A stretch of 64,000 nt of DNA from Octopus sinensis (taxonomy: Eukaryota). The notes below the pieces were generated by a model. That model saw only the letters and a program-made list of their open reading frames with translations. It ran no database searches and was not told the origin of the DNA. Location: NCBI RefSeq assembly GCF_006345805.1, contig NC_042999.1:49724001-49788000 (forward strand), given 5' to 3'. Numbering within the stretch: position 1 is the first letter of the stretch; the number at the start of each line of letters is the position of its first letter. A program made the translations under genes and the position numbers. Positions 36,306 through 50,150 of this stretch are shown here, piece by piece.

Positions 36306-38459
36306 TTTTGACACTTTGATAGGTTTTCGGCCATTATTGGCCGAATAGCCCACACTGGTGAAGTCTTTCAAGTCAGAATTTGGGCACTATGGCCCACTCA
36401 GTAGAGAGTTATTGTTTACAGAGACATATCCGGGTGTAGGGGGTTTATCCGGGATTTCTTGAAGGAATCTGTCCAAAGACTTCTTGACCCTATAGGGTCA
36501 GTTTTCTGTTTTAAGTGTTTTGTGGTGTATGTTAAAGAGAGCGGGGCCAATTGAGGTGAAATAATTGTGCCGTATTGTTGTTATGAGATGAGAGTGCGAT
36601 TTTTGTTTTGGGCGGATGGCACGGGGCCCAAGCCTTGGATGTAGCTTTAAAGGTGATGCCAACATCATTTGGGCAATGCTGATGGAATATTTTCCACATC
36701 ATGCAGATGATGTAGCGCTCACGACGACGTTGGAGAGAATAGAGTTTTAGCTTTTCTAGTCGACCCCAATAGTCGAGGCATGTCATGCCATCTATCTTTT
36801 TTGTGATTGCCCTTTGAGGTGCTTCAACTTTTATGATACCTTGTATTGTGTGGGGAGACCACAGTGGACAACAGTATTCAAGGTGGGGTCGGGCAAAAGT
36901 GGAGAAGAGAAGGATAATGGTGTGGATATCTCTCGACTGGAAGTTCTGAGAATCCAGGAACACATTCTGCGGGCCATGTCAACTTTGGTGTTTTATATGA
37001 GTGGCCCAGCTTACGTTGTTGTGTCCACACTTACTCCCAAGTCTCTGATGTTGTTGGACGCCACGAGAGTTTCACCTGAAGGAAGGGAGTATGGGAGTTT
37101 CAGGGCATCCTCTTTTCCAAAGTGGATTAGCTCAAAGTTATATTGTTTTTTTCTGCCCATTGGATACAGCCAGTAGATCTGACTGAAGCATGTCCGGTCA
37201 CTCGCCTCATTTATGACCTTCTGTAGCTTGGAGTCATCTGCAAAGATTTTTATGTTGCTGTGTGCTGATGATGTCATTAATGTCATTAATGTCAATGATG
37301 AAAAGAAGTGGGCCCAGCACAGTGCCTTGCGGAACGCCACTACTGACTTTGGCTGGCTTGATTTTACCCCTTCAACTACAACATGTTGAGATCTGTCTGT
37401 CAGGAAACCTTAATCCATTTCAGTAACTTTCCAGAGACACCAATGTTGGATAGTATTTTCAATAGGATCTTGTGATCGACCCGTCGAAGGCCTTACTGAA
37501 ATCAAGGTAGATGACATCGGTGTTGGAGCCCTCTCCCAAGCTCTCAAAATGTCCTCAAAGTGATGCAGGAGCTGTGTTAGGCAGTCCCTTCCATTACGGA
37601 ACCCATGTTGGTTGGAGATCAGCCGTCTGTTGCTTTCCAGAAATTGGGTTATTCGAGATCTCACCACCTCTCAATACCTTGATGATATGAGAGGTGAGTG
37701 AGATCGGACGGTAATTCACTGCAAGGGACTTGTTTCCCTTTTTGAAAAAATGGGACAACAGACGGGACAGGTTTTTGGAATATAGCCAGCATCCAGTGAG
37801 TTTCTCACAGATTAGCAAGGGGAGATGCAAGTTGGTGTCGACACACCTTCAGGACACAAGCAGGGAACCTATCGGGGCCTACTGCTGAATTGTGGTTTTA
37901 TTTCGTTATCGCCGCTAAGACATCAGGGGCACTAAACGTTATGTCCGATATAGTGTGTTGGGGGTTGACATCACTGATACAGCCCAGATCGGCCATATCA
38001 GGATTGCTGAAAACAGAGCAGCATTGTTTCTGCAGTATCTCGGCCATGGATTTGGCATTATCTTGGAGAGTGCCAGTTTCGTCAATTAGAGGGCCTACAG
38101 TGGAGAGAGTGGACCCTGCGTTTCCTCGCAAATGAAAAGAACACTTTGGGGTTGAGTTTGATTTTTTCAATGGCCCACTACTCCTCAGCTGATCTTTGGT
38201 TATTGATGAGGGTCTCATGCATTGTTGGAGGTTATATTTTTTGGATTCAAGCAGTGCGATAGTCGTCGAATGTGTGTGTTGCTGTTGGCAGTACTTTAGT
38301 TTGTTAATTTTTTTTTGTTTGTTCTTTTTTTTTCTGATAATGGTTTTTCTGTTTTGGGGGATTCTGCACTTTTTGTTCACAGGTCTTGGTGGGGAGTGTT
38401 TTGCACATATATCTGTGACGGTGTCTACAAAGATCTGCCAAGATGTTTTATGGTTGGTG
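36306..38459 (-). mobile_element. Frameshifted CR1-clade LINE ORF2 (RT domain and C-terminus), 5' truncated
   Basis: ORF pieces contain NYRPISLTSHIIKV, NQHGFRNGRDCLTQLL, IKIFADDSKL, RPHLEYCCPLWSP and LKLYSLQRRRERY. Confidence 0.92.
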
Positions 38460-38461
38460 GA

Positions 38462-39441
38462 GTGTGTATGTATATATATGTATATATGTATATATGTATA
38501 TATATGTATATATGTATATATATGTATATATATGTGTATATATGTGTATATATGTATATATATGTATATATATGTGTATATATGTATATATGTGTGTATA
38601 TGTGTATATATGTGTGTATGTGTATATATATGTATATATATTGTATATATATATGTATATATGTTATATATATGTATATATGTATATATGTATGTATAAT
38701 ATGTATATATGTAATATATATATGTATATATATGTATATGTATGTATATCATGTATATATGTATATATATATATGTATAATATGTATATATGTATATATG
38801 TATGTATATATATGTATATATATATGTATATATGTATATAGGTGTATATATATGTATATATGTATATATGTTATATTATATATGTATATATATGTATATA
38901 TGTATATATATGTATGTATATATAGTAATATATGTATATATGTATATATATGTATATATATGTATATATGTATATATATGTATATATATGTATATATGTG
39001 TATATATGTATATATATGTATATATATGTATATATATGTCTATATATATATATGTATATATAGTGTATATTGTATATATGTGTATATATGTATATATATG
39101 GATATATGTGTATATATTGTATATATGTGTGTATATGTGTATATTGTGTGTATATGTTATATATGTGTAGTATATATATGTATTATATATGTATATATAT
39201 GTATATATATATATTGTATATATATATATAATATATATTGTATATTATATATGTATATATATATGATATAATAGTATATATATGTATGTATATATATATG
39301 TATATGTATATATGTATATATATATGTATATGTATATGTATATATATGTATATGTATATATGTATATATATATGTATATGTATATATGTATATATATATG
39401 TAATATATTATGTTGATATATAGGTGTGGTGTGTGTGTGTG
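38462..39441. repeat. About 1-kb compound (TA)/(TATG) microsatellite
   Basis: Directly visible; source of many Y/I/M/V-rich spurious ORFs. Confidence 0.97.
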
Positions 39442-39920
39442 TGGAGGTGCAATGGCCCAATGGTTAGGGCAGCGGACTCACTGTCATAAAATTGCGGTTT
39501 CAATTCCCAGACCGGGCATTATGAGTGTTTATTGAGCAAAAACACCTAAAGCTCCACAAGGCTCTGGCAGGGAGTGGTGGCAATCCCTGCTGTACTCTTT
39601 CACCACAACTTTCTCTCACTCTTTCTTCTGTTGGCCTGCTCACTTAGCCAGTGGGGTGGCATCATTTGAAGGCTAAAACAATGTGAAGCGCATTGTGACC
39701 AGCGATGTTTTAGCAACATCTGATAGCCTGGTTGGTCACAGTGATCACGGTGATATATATATATATATACACATATATATATATATATATGTGAGAAAAG
39801 GTTGAGTTCTATTTCAACCTTTACTTTGGTGGGTTCCAAAGGTTGATTTCTAATAAAGATTCTTCACAATACATTGGTAGCTTACTGTTGTAAGAATTTT
39901 TCAAATATGAAAATGCTACA

Positions 39921-40592
39921 AGTATAAGGTGTTTTTTGAGCATTTATAGAACACATATCCAATAGAAACACAACAATTAAAGGTGGAGAAGAAAAGGTGT
40001 TAAAAGTTTTAAAAGAATTTAATCCATACATACGATCGTTTGAAACAGCAATATTTACATGTAAATAAAAGGGGGAAAAAATTAGAAATTAATTAAAATT
40101 ATAATTAAATTAATTACATATTACTGTTCTTCTCAGTGTGAAAAAAGAATATCCTTATGAAAGATAAAAACATGCTAAGACAGTGTCGTTGAATCTAGTT
40201 GTGTATGAACTAAAACATACACATCTAGACTCAATAACACTATCTTGGCATGCTTTTATCTTTCATAAGGATATTATGTATATCCAATTATATTATGTGA
40301 CATTCACTCCATCTAGTCTTCTGTTACAATATAATATTTTTCTGTTGTATTTTTTAGATGTATTCTTTTTTCACACTGAGGAGAATAGTAATATGTAATT
40401 AATTTAATTATAATTAAATTAATTTCTAATTTTTTCCCCATGTTATTTACATGTTAATATTACTGTTCAAAACGATCGTATGCATGGATTAAATTCATTT
40501 TAAACTTTTAACATCTTTTCTTCTCCATCTTTAATTGTTTGCTGAGCTTCTGTTGGATATGTGTTCTATATATACCCATAACACCTTATACT
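39921..40592. repeat. Large imperfect palindrome (fold-back element)
   Basis: Left arm 39921-40207, 8-nt loop 40208-40215, right arm 40216-40592 with an extra segment of about 89 nt (40276-40364). Confidence 0.85.
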
Positions 40593-40899
40593 ACCACTAC
40601 TGCATGATCTACAAGCTGGCCATTGAGAAAGTAAAGGTTGGCCTTCATACCTTCTTGCTCCCTTAATTGTAACTGTTCTATTTTGCAAAAAGAATTCTTT
40701 TTAAACAGTACCCTCTCACGCACATACATAATATTGTATAAATTTTGACTGAGATTAGCCACCAAAATATTTAACAAAATCTCCATTTAGTGGTTTTAAA
40801 ATCTGAAAAAATGACTAAGAGAAATATATTTAATATCAGCCAATAAAAATTTCTTAGGGGAAAAAAAATAAAATTATGCAAATGTAAGTAGATCCTCTT

Positions 40900-41340
40900 T
40901 TAAGCCAACTTGCAAATGGTTATGTTTCTCTATCAGTTTGGCGAATATTCTTTCTGGCATTGGATAACTAATCATTTACAGACATCTTAGATTATCATCA
41001 AGAGAATATTGGCAAAAATTCATTGACCAAAACACAAAAACTACTGACACAAACACAGTTTCTTCTCCTATCTCTTCTACCATAAACTGTTAAATGGTCT
41101 TTGTCTCTCTGAAATAGCTAGCAGCATACCACTTCCACTACCACCCTTCTATCAAACCCGCTTCTCTTCCTCACCCTCCTCTTATGGTTTTTATTTGTTC
41201 CAATCCCCAGATCTTTGATGAAAAGACTTTGCCTAGCTATTTTTTCCAGAGACACAATTCTAGGTTTCCCTTGCTATCAGTGCTTTCTCTATAGTTATTG
41301 ACTTGCAGAAACTCAAAGTGAACATTAACTCCATCAAAGT
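40900..41340 (+). mobile_element. Decayed L2/Jockey-type LINE 3' fragment
   Basis: Reads SLFYHKLLNGLCLSEIASSIP...LFFPET...QKLKVNIN with stops; boundaries approximate. Confidence 0.5.
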
Positions 41341-44300
41341 AACAGTCAGAGAGGAACTTCTCAGGTGATAAGAACTACCAAACTTTTTTCAGATAGTAAA
41401 AGAAAATCTATCAACATCGTCTTGTAACTGTTGATCAGCAAAGAAGCACAACGTTAATATCAACTGCTCTAGTCTGGGAGGGACTTTAAAGGTAATGAGC
41501 ACTGTCTAACTTTTTCTAGATAACTTTAAAAAAAGAAGGCTGCTAATACTAATGAGGCACAAGTCCAGGCAAGGTTGTTTATGGAAGAGCAGCAGTCACC
41601 CATGCATACCAGCCTCCCCTCTCCATACCACCAACGTTATCCAAGGGAAAGACAAAGGTCAATACAGTTCGGCACCAGTGACATTGCAACTCATTTCTAC
41701 AGCTGAGTTAACTGGAGCAATGTGAAATAAAGTATTTTGCTCAAGAACATGATACACAACCTGGTCTGGGAATCGAACTCACTACCTCATGATTGTAAGC
41801 CAGACATTCAAACCACCAAACCATGCATCTTCACAAGTTATGATTGTTATTGCTTGTTCCTTCTCAAGCCATGCCTGGCTCATAGGGATGGTTTCCCAGT
41901 TTCCTTGGCATATAGTTTCCCCACCTGGGTGGGATGCCGGTCCGTCGCAGGTGAACTGTAAGATGTAGGAGAAAAGAGTGAGAGAAAGTTGTGGCAAAAG
42001 AGTCGGCAGAAGTTCACCATTACTTTCTGCCAGAGCCACGTGGAGCTTAGGTGTTTCGCTCATAAACACACACATCGCCCGGTCTGAGATTCGAACCCAC
42101 GATCCCTCGACTGTGAGTCCGCTGCTCTAACCACTAGGCCATGTGCCTCCACACAAGTTATTATAATCCCATTTAAATATAGGATGCAGTAGACAGTATA
42201 AATCAACCCAAATTGTTTTGACTGATACTCATTTTACCAACCCTGGGAAGTTGAAATGTAAACCTCATCTCAGTGAGATTTTGAACTCAGAATATAAAAG
42301 GAAAATAATTTGTCTGGCACTTTGATTTTGCAACACTACTGCTTTTGAATAAATTTTTTTTTTCTTTCTGCAATAGAAAGCTATAATTAGGATTGGATAT
42401 ATATAATATCAAATGATCGACATCCGTAAATTTTACTGTTTTCTTATTAGAAGCTAAAATCTCTAGAAACAATAGATTCAGCATGGCAGCTTCTAAAATA
42501 AGACAAATTGAAATAATTAAAAGTTTGATATACACATCTATATAACTATATATATATATATATATATATGTCCATTTTCTATGGCAACTTTCCTGAACTA
42601 GATAACTAACTTATCTTATAAAATCTCTTGAAGAGCTAGAAAAAAAAAATGGTGTGAAACTCATGACTGTTGATAGAATAAATAGAATAAATAACGAAAT
42701 AAATAAATAAATATAATGGAAGTGGTTGAATATCATAATGAAAGAAGGTCATGTAAGTTAAATATTTCATATATGAGATAGAGGCATGTAATTAACAGTC
42801 TAAACCAGGAAAACTCATTACAATCATAAAATGGAATATTAATTTAATAAATTTAGAACAAATGGGAAATAAAATGAGAATAAATCAACTTTTATGATGT
42901 TCACTGTCATGATGATGAAGATAAATGATAATGATAATAACAATAATAATAATAATAATAATAATTATAATAATAATAATGATTTCTTCTGAATTTTGGC
43001 ACAATGCCAGTAATTTCGGGACAGGGGATTAATCATTTGTATCAACCCCAGTGTTCAACAGGTCCTTATTTTATCGACCCCAAAAGGATGAGAGGCAAAG
43101 TCAGCCTTGGTAGAATATGAACTCAGGACATAAAGATGGAGGAAGTGCTGCTAAGCATCTTGTTCAGCACACTGACAATTCTGCCAGTTTGTCACCTTAA
43201 CATAATAATACAAATAATAACTACTACAAGGGCACAGGAATGTTGATTGCATCAACCTTAGTACTCAGAAGGTACTTATTTTATCAATCCTATAAGGATG
43301 GAAAATGAACTCAGAATGTAAGAAGCCGGAACAAATGCCACCAAACATTCTGTCTCACACAATGACGATTCTGCCAATTCTTCACCTAAATAACAATTAT
43401 AATAATAGTAATGATAACCTTGACTTTATAATTGCCACAAAGGTGTTGGATGATGGAACATCACTGAACAGGTTACAAAATGTTGAGGGTAGTTACATTA
43501 AAGGCAAGAGAAATGAAAAAAGACAGACAGTGTATGTAGTAAATGGTAAAGACCGCCCCCCCCACTTCAGTCATAAATGACCATGGGATTGCACCAAGAA
43601 AGTTCCCCCTTTAAGGTACAAGTCCAAGCAAGATTGTTTATGGACGACCAGCAGTTGCCCATGCATACCAGCCTCCCTCTCCACATTACTGATGTTATCC
43701 AAGGGAAAGGCAAAGGCCAATACAGCTTGGTACCAGTGGCATTTCAGTTCTTTTCTGTAGCTGAGTAAACTGGAGCAACATCAAATAAAGTGTCTTGCAC
43801 AAGAACCAACACACAGCCCAGTCCAGAAATTGAACTCACAACCTCATGATTGTGTGACATTCTAACCACTGAGCCATGTGCCTTCACACTATATGTAATA
43901 CATGTGAGAAATTCCCAAGATGCTGACCACCAACTAGATTTACTTAGGGAACCTTTTGGATCCAGGTTTACCCTTACTCCCAAAGATAAGTGCTTTGATT
44001 CAGCTTTATTCTCTGGTGCATTATCACAAACTGAAAGTAAACCTATTCGTATGATCCATGCATGCTTGCCATTTCTGTCCACTTTTGAACCAATATACTA
44101 GGTGAAAGCACTTCTGTTCCAACAGAATTTATCTGGAACTAGAATGCTTCCTCTTCCTATCATTGCTAAAACAGAGATTGCAAGAAGTTTTCCAAAGCAT
44201 CTATGATGCAACGTGTCTGGAATGGGTCAGCCCGATTTTCCTCAATAACATCCTCTCACATCCCACCATGAAACCTGTATAGAATGCCAATGTGGAAGTT

Positions 44301-44436
44301 CAGTTGACTGCATTGCTAGTCTAGTAGGGTGCTGTGGGCACCTGACAGTAATTCAGAGGCCAGATGGTGAGTCTTGATCTTTGCTTGACTCAGGATTAGT
44401 TCCAGAACCTGTCTGCAGCAGGTCATTGGCATTATC

Positions 44437-44650
44437 TATTTCTTTACTACCCACAAGGGACTAAACACAGAGGGGACAAACAAGGACAGACAAATGGATT
44501 AAGTCGATTACATCGACTCCAGTGCATAACTGGTACTTATTTAATCGACCCTGAAATGATGAACGGCAAAGTCGACCTCGACGGAATTTGAACTCAGAAC
44601 GTAGTAGCAGACGAAATACTGCTAAGCATTTCACCCGGCGTGCTAACGGT
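44437..44650 (-). mobile_element. SINE family A, slightly 5' truncated, with TSD
   Basis: Flanked by ttggcattatc at 44426-44436 and 44653-44663. Confidence 0.85.
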
Positions 44651-45404
44651 CGTTGGCATTATCAGTAGATTGCATCCTTTCCACAAGAAGATGCAAGGAA
44701 GTTGTGGTAATCTACTCAAATCAAAACTGAAGCAAAGCACAGTGAAAGTGATGCATATATTTGCCACTTCTGACATTTCAAAGGAATCTTTCTCTCAGTT
44801 CATTTAAGGATGAAACTGGCTATGCTGTTACTAACTTTGTTTCATTTCCTATTCACCTTGAGTTCAAGACCAAACCAGATTCAAGAATCTTAACTGGATT
44901 ATTGGTGAAATACTCCATGACACTGGCATTGACATTTGAACATTCAAAGAACTAAAAGAAATACTGCAAGGCATTTTTGTCTTAAACTCTTATTATTCTT
45001 CCAATTCACCAATAATAGCATTAACCAATAATTAAAAGAAAAAGAATCTATATTGGAATTTTTAAAATCAAAAGATTTTTGTAAAATAAATGTGAAATTT
45101 TGTTTTTCTTTACTTAAAGTGAAGTTTCCATTAGTTCTTGTATGTTCTACCTCTAATTTCTACTGCATGAAGATGAAATCAAACCAATGAAACGGCCTCC
45201 AAATTTCTGACAGATCAACTAGAAATAGCAGTCAATTTTTTTCAAATCCTAACATAGATAAGGAAGGAAACATTGGTAATATAGTTCAAGATATGTTATG
45301 CCAAGGAAAAAAAAGTATGGTCATAGCTGGAATATCTTTGATCATAATCTATTTGATCAGAGCTGACTGAAGGCTAAACACCAACAACAGCTTATTATCT
45401 TTAA

Positions 45405-45635
45405 GGTGGCGAGCTGGCAGAAACGTTAGCACGCCGGGTGAAATGCTTAGTGGTATTTTGTCTGCCGCTACATTCTGAGTTCAAATTCCGCTGAGGTCGA
45501 CTTTGCCTTTCATCCTTTCGGGGTCAATTAAATAAGTACCAGTCACACACTGGGGTCGATATAATCAACTTAATCTGTTTGTCTATCATTGTTTGTCCCC
45601 TCTATGTGTAGCCCCTTGTGGGCAGTAAAGAAATA
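45405..45635 (+). mobile_element. SINE family A
   Basis: Full head-to-tail match. Confidence 0.85.
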
Positions 45636-46240
45636 ACAACTATAATTACAGTAAGTATAGGTGCAGGTATGGTTGTGTTTAAAAGGAATTCACCTCACAA
45701 TCATGTAATTACGGGTTTGCTCCCACATAGCCTCAAAAAATATACCAACACTTTCACTAACAAGAAAAACAAACAAGACTTCATGAATGAAGGTCTTTGT
45801 ATCATGCTATGCACTACCTTGTCATTCTCATCACTGGAAATTCAATAAACCAGTGATTGAGATACGGGAAACCTGTAACAAAGGAAGCTATTGTTCACCA
45901 ATTACAATGTAAAATAGATATTACGTAACTTACCTTATCTACTCAGGCATTTACAAGCATTTGTTGAATTACAAAAGGCTGCACTAACATTCATGTGTGT
46001 CATTAGTGGTTATATTGAGAAAGTTATATACAAGTTAGTACAAGTTGTATTTATCAGTCAAATGAGTTAAGCTATGTCTTCAAAGGGAATTGTTTTAAAA
46101 TTACAAGATACTATCATGTATAGTATCTCGCAAGTGGGCCAAAGATATAGGGAGAAGTAATGCAATGAATATGAACGATTTTCTAGCAAGAAGCTTAAGT
46201 ACATGTTGACATTTATAAGAAGCAGTTATGTTTGTGTGAA

Positions 46241-46471
46241 GGCGGCAAGCTGGCAGAAACATTAGCACGCTGGGCGAAATGCTTAGTGGTATTTCGTCTG
46301 CTGTTACGTTCTGAGTTCGAATTCTGCTGAGGTTGACTATGCCTTTCATCCTTTCGGGGTCGATTAACTAAGTACCAGTTACACACTGGGATCGATGCAA
46401 TCGACTTAATCCATTTGTCTGTCCTTGTTTGTCCCCTCTGTGTTTAGCCCCTTGAGGGTAGTAAAGAAATA
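46241..46471 (+). mobile_element. SINE family A with 16-bp TSD
   Basis: gttatgtttgtgtgaa (46225-46240) and ggtatatttgtgtgaa (46472-46487). Confidence 0.85.
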
Positions 46472-46882
46472 GGTATATTTGTGTGAATATGGAATTTGCT
46501 TTGTAACTGTGTAGATCCAAGTTCTATTTTGCTGTGTGGCACACCTTAAGCAAGTGTCATCTGCTATTGTCTCAGACTGATTAATGTCTTGTGAGTGGAA
46601 TGCCTTGTGTTAAATGACAACTGCATTGGAACCTGGTTGTATATCATAATCACATATATGTGTGCGTGTGTGTTATATAATATTACAATGCTCATTTGTT
46701 CTAGCATTTTTTTGGGACATTGCCTTTACAGTAACTTGCTTTCCTTCACTAACTTTTACCTGTTTCTCAGTTAAGTTATATTCCCTTAATATTTGAAAGA
46801 GCAGAGCTAGGAGATAATTTATTGACAGGGAAATGTTAGTAAATATCACTGTCCATGGCACAATGACTTTCATGTGATATTG

Positions 46883-46925
<43 letters not shown>

Positions 46926-47290
46926 TCCCCATCCAGCTTGATAACCAGTGTTAGTGCACTTATGTTCCAGTGACATTAGTGGTTCAGCAAAAGAGATTGA
47001 TAGAATAAGTACTAGGCTTAAGAAAAATAAAAACAAGAACTGGATTTGATTCAGTCGGCTAAAGTTCTTCAAGGTAGTGCTAAGTATGGCCACACTCTAA
47101 TAACTGAAACAAGATAAAAGAAATAAAACCATTTTCACATATTTGCAACATTACCAAGGATCGATCACCTTCAATATTCGGAATCTTTTTACAGTGTTTT
47201 ACAAGTACTTATTCTATCAATCTCTTTTGCTGAACCACTAATGTCACTGGAACATAAGTGCACTAACGCTGGTTATCAAGCTGGATGGGG

Positions 47291-47325
<35 letters not shown>

Positions 47326-47777
47326 ATACACACACAATCACACACACACACAATCACAAATACACAATCACACACACACAAACACACACACACAATGGTC
47401 TTCTTTCAGTTTCCATCTTTCAAATCCACTCACAAGGCTTTCGTTGGCTTAAGGCCATAGTAAAAAAAAACATTTTCCCAGGTGCTGCACAATAAGACTG
47501 AACCTGTAGCCTTGTGGTTGGGAAGCAAACTTCTTACCCCACAACCAACCCAATACCTACATGTTAATTGTTGCTTAATGAAAATTAGCTATAATAAACT
47601 AGTGCTGCTGAGCAGCCAGACCTGATTTTTGCTCAACTGTTGTTATTTAGCACCAGATCAGTCTAAATCAAGCAGACTTGTGATAAAAGAGAATTACAAG
47701 CATGTCCATTCTGCCTTTCTAGGGTTGCATTATGCAATGTGTTCAGCTACTTTTAAGAATACATTGTGATATTTAAG

Positions 47778-48190
47778 GAAGGAGTGGCTGTGTGGTAAGT
47801 AGCTTGTTTACCAACCACATGGTTCCGGGTTCAGTCCCACTGCGTGGCACCTTGGGCAAGTGTCTTCTACTATAGCCTCAGGCCCACCAAAGCCTTGTGA
47901 GTGGATTTGGTAGACAGAAACTGAAAGAAGCCCGTCGTATATATTTATATATATGTGTGTGCGTGTGTGTGTTTGTGTGTCTGTGTTTGTCCCCCTAGCA
48001 TTGCTTGACAACCGATGCTGATGTGTTTATGTCCCCATTACTTAGCGGTTCAGCAAAAGAGACCGATAGAATAAGTACTGGGCTTACAAAAGAATAAGTC
48101 CCGGGGTCGAGTTGCTCGATTAAAGGCGGTGCTCCAGCATGGCCACAGTCAAATGACTGAAACAAGTAAAAGAGAAAAGAGAAAGAGAAT
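47778..48190 (+). mobile_element. SINE family B, full length
   Basis: Full match to 2600-2998. Confidence 0.85.
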
Positions 48191-50119
48191 TTGACTGTTA
48201 CTTCAAGGAGATCTTGTTTTACATACAGGAACATCATCATCATACGTCCGCTTTCCATGCTAGCATAGGTTGGACGATTTGACTGAGGACTGGCGAACCA
48301 GATGGCTGCACCAAGCTTCAATCTTGATCTCATAGAGTTTCTACAGCTGGATGCCCCTCCTAATGCCAACCACTCCGAGAGTGTAGTGGGTGCTTTTACG
48401 TGCCACCAGCATGAGGGCCAGTCAGGCAGTACTGGCAATGGCCACGTTCAAATGGTGAGGAGCCAGTCCAGCGGCACTGGCAACAACCTCGTTCAAATGT
48501 TTTTTCACGTGCCACCGGCACAAGTGCCATTAAGGTGACACTGGTAACAATCACATTCAAATGGTGCTTTTTATGCGCCACCGGCACGGAAGCCAGTTAG
48601 CCGCTCTGGTGATGATCATGCTCCGATGGTGCTCTTAGCACTCCACTAGTATGGATGCCAGTCATCGAATTTGATTTCGATTTTCACTTGCCTGAACAGG
48701 TCTTCGCAAGCAGAGTTTAGTGTCCAATGAAGGAAAGGTACGCATAAGTGGACTGGTTACACCTCTGGGATATGCCAGATGTATAACCTCTATTGAATTG
48801 ATTTATGTTTAGAATGTTTTATGGTTAAGCCCAAATAAGTAAAAGATGTGGTCCAATTGTTTTTATCTCTAAATCCAGAGACAAGGCAGTACCCATGCAT
48901 TTTTACAGAGCTTCTAAAACTTAAAGGAAAGCAGATGGTGTCCTCAAACCAAAAGTGTTTTTAAGTCAGAGACCTGGCTCAAATGCTCACAACAGAGTCA
49001 ACTCCATTAACATTTAGCACATAGAATTGTTTCCTCCGCCACTGCCCTATTACTACAGGGGAGAAAACTCATATGACAACATTATGCACCAAAAGTGTGC
49101 TAAAGTTTAAAGGCTTCGATGAACAAAGTGGTGCTGTTAAACTTGTCCTTCTGATGGGCTTCTGTACAGATCATATATATAAGACTTTGGTGAAGTAAAA
49201 TCTGTAACAGAATACAATTACAATTACCAAAAGTGCTACACAGTGGTTCAAACAAAGAACCACATATTCGCAGAGTGAATTTCTTAACCAAGCAGCAATT
49301 CCTGTCCTCTTATTGCAAACATTTAATAACTTTTGTATCCATCAATATTTTTCATAAATGTATAGAAAGGAAAAGATGGAGAGGGATATGTTATTTTTAA
49401 CTTTTTGCTTAAAACAAAGATGATGCGACTTGGTAACATTTATAGTGATTCTCACCATTACAATGTGAAACAAGGATAATGTTAAACGACAATTGGTGAT
49501 TGTTTTGTACTTGCTTGAATCCTTTCAATCCATAGAAACATAATATCTATTACCTGAAGATAAATGTATGTTTATAACATAATTAATGTACACACATTCA
49601 TACACACATATACATCATATATATATATATATATAATGAAGAGGTAGGTAGGTGAAGGAGATAAAAATGTAGGTTATAGAGTAGGAATACAATCGAAAAA
49701 TACATTGGACTGTATCTTTTATATAAGGAGGAAGATGCTTGAATGGAATTTAAAAGTGCAATCTAGAAATATCATACTGGTATTTTGTGTGTGTGTAAGA
49801 AAACAGTAACTTTGAATAAGAGACAATTCAAACCATGATAACCCTCCATCTCATGCCAGTATGGAAAATAAACATAGAACTATGATGATGGTGGGGAGCT
49901 CACTTTCTCTCTCTCTCTCTCTCTCTGTCTCTTTCTCTCTCTCTCTCTCTCTCCATATATATGTGTGTGTGCATTAGTAAATACAGTTTTGAGGTAATTT
50001 GAAATGTAAGTCATACCTTTAATAATAAACGTATAAATCTAAGCTTTATTGGGAAAGCCTCGGGCCGACCAAAGCCTTGTGAGTGGATTTGGTAGATGGA
50101 AACTGAAAGAAGCCCATCG

Positions 50120-50150
<31 letters not shown>

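Noticed and set aside
37898-39460. Long Y/I/M/V/C-rich ORFs (up to 318 aa), also at 5988-6419, 35758-36371 and 63530-63857
   Set aside because: Microsatellite translations. Only the LINE-derived part of 37898..38752 is protein-like.
44857-44951. Candidate minus-strand exon with good AG/GT sites (FFECSNVNASVMEYF...)
   Set aside because: The only open frame ends in phase 2, which does not fit the phase-1 exon at 34905, and I see no FRMPD similarity. Not excluded without transcripts.
45818-45872. Candidate 55-nt minus-strand exon
   Set aside because: Weak donor, incompatible phase and no recognisable homology.
46673-46873. ORF with GKQVTVKAM, faintly like a FERM-domain segment
   Set aside because: The flanking residues and splice structure do not fit; likely chance.
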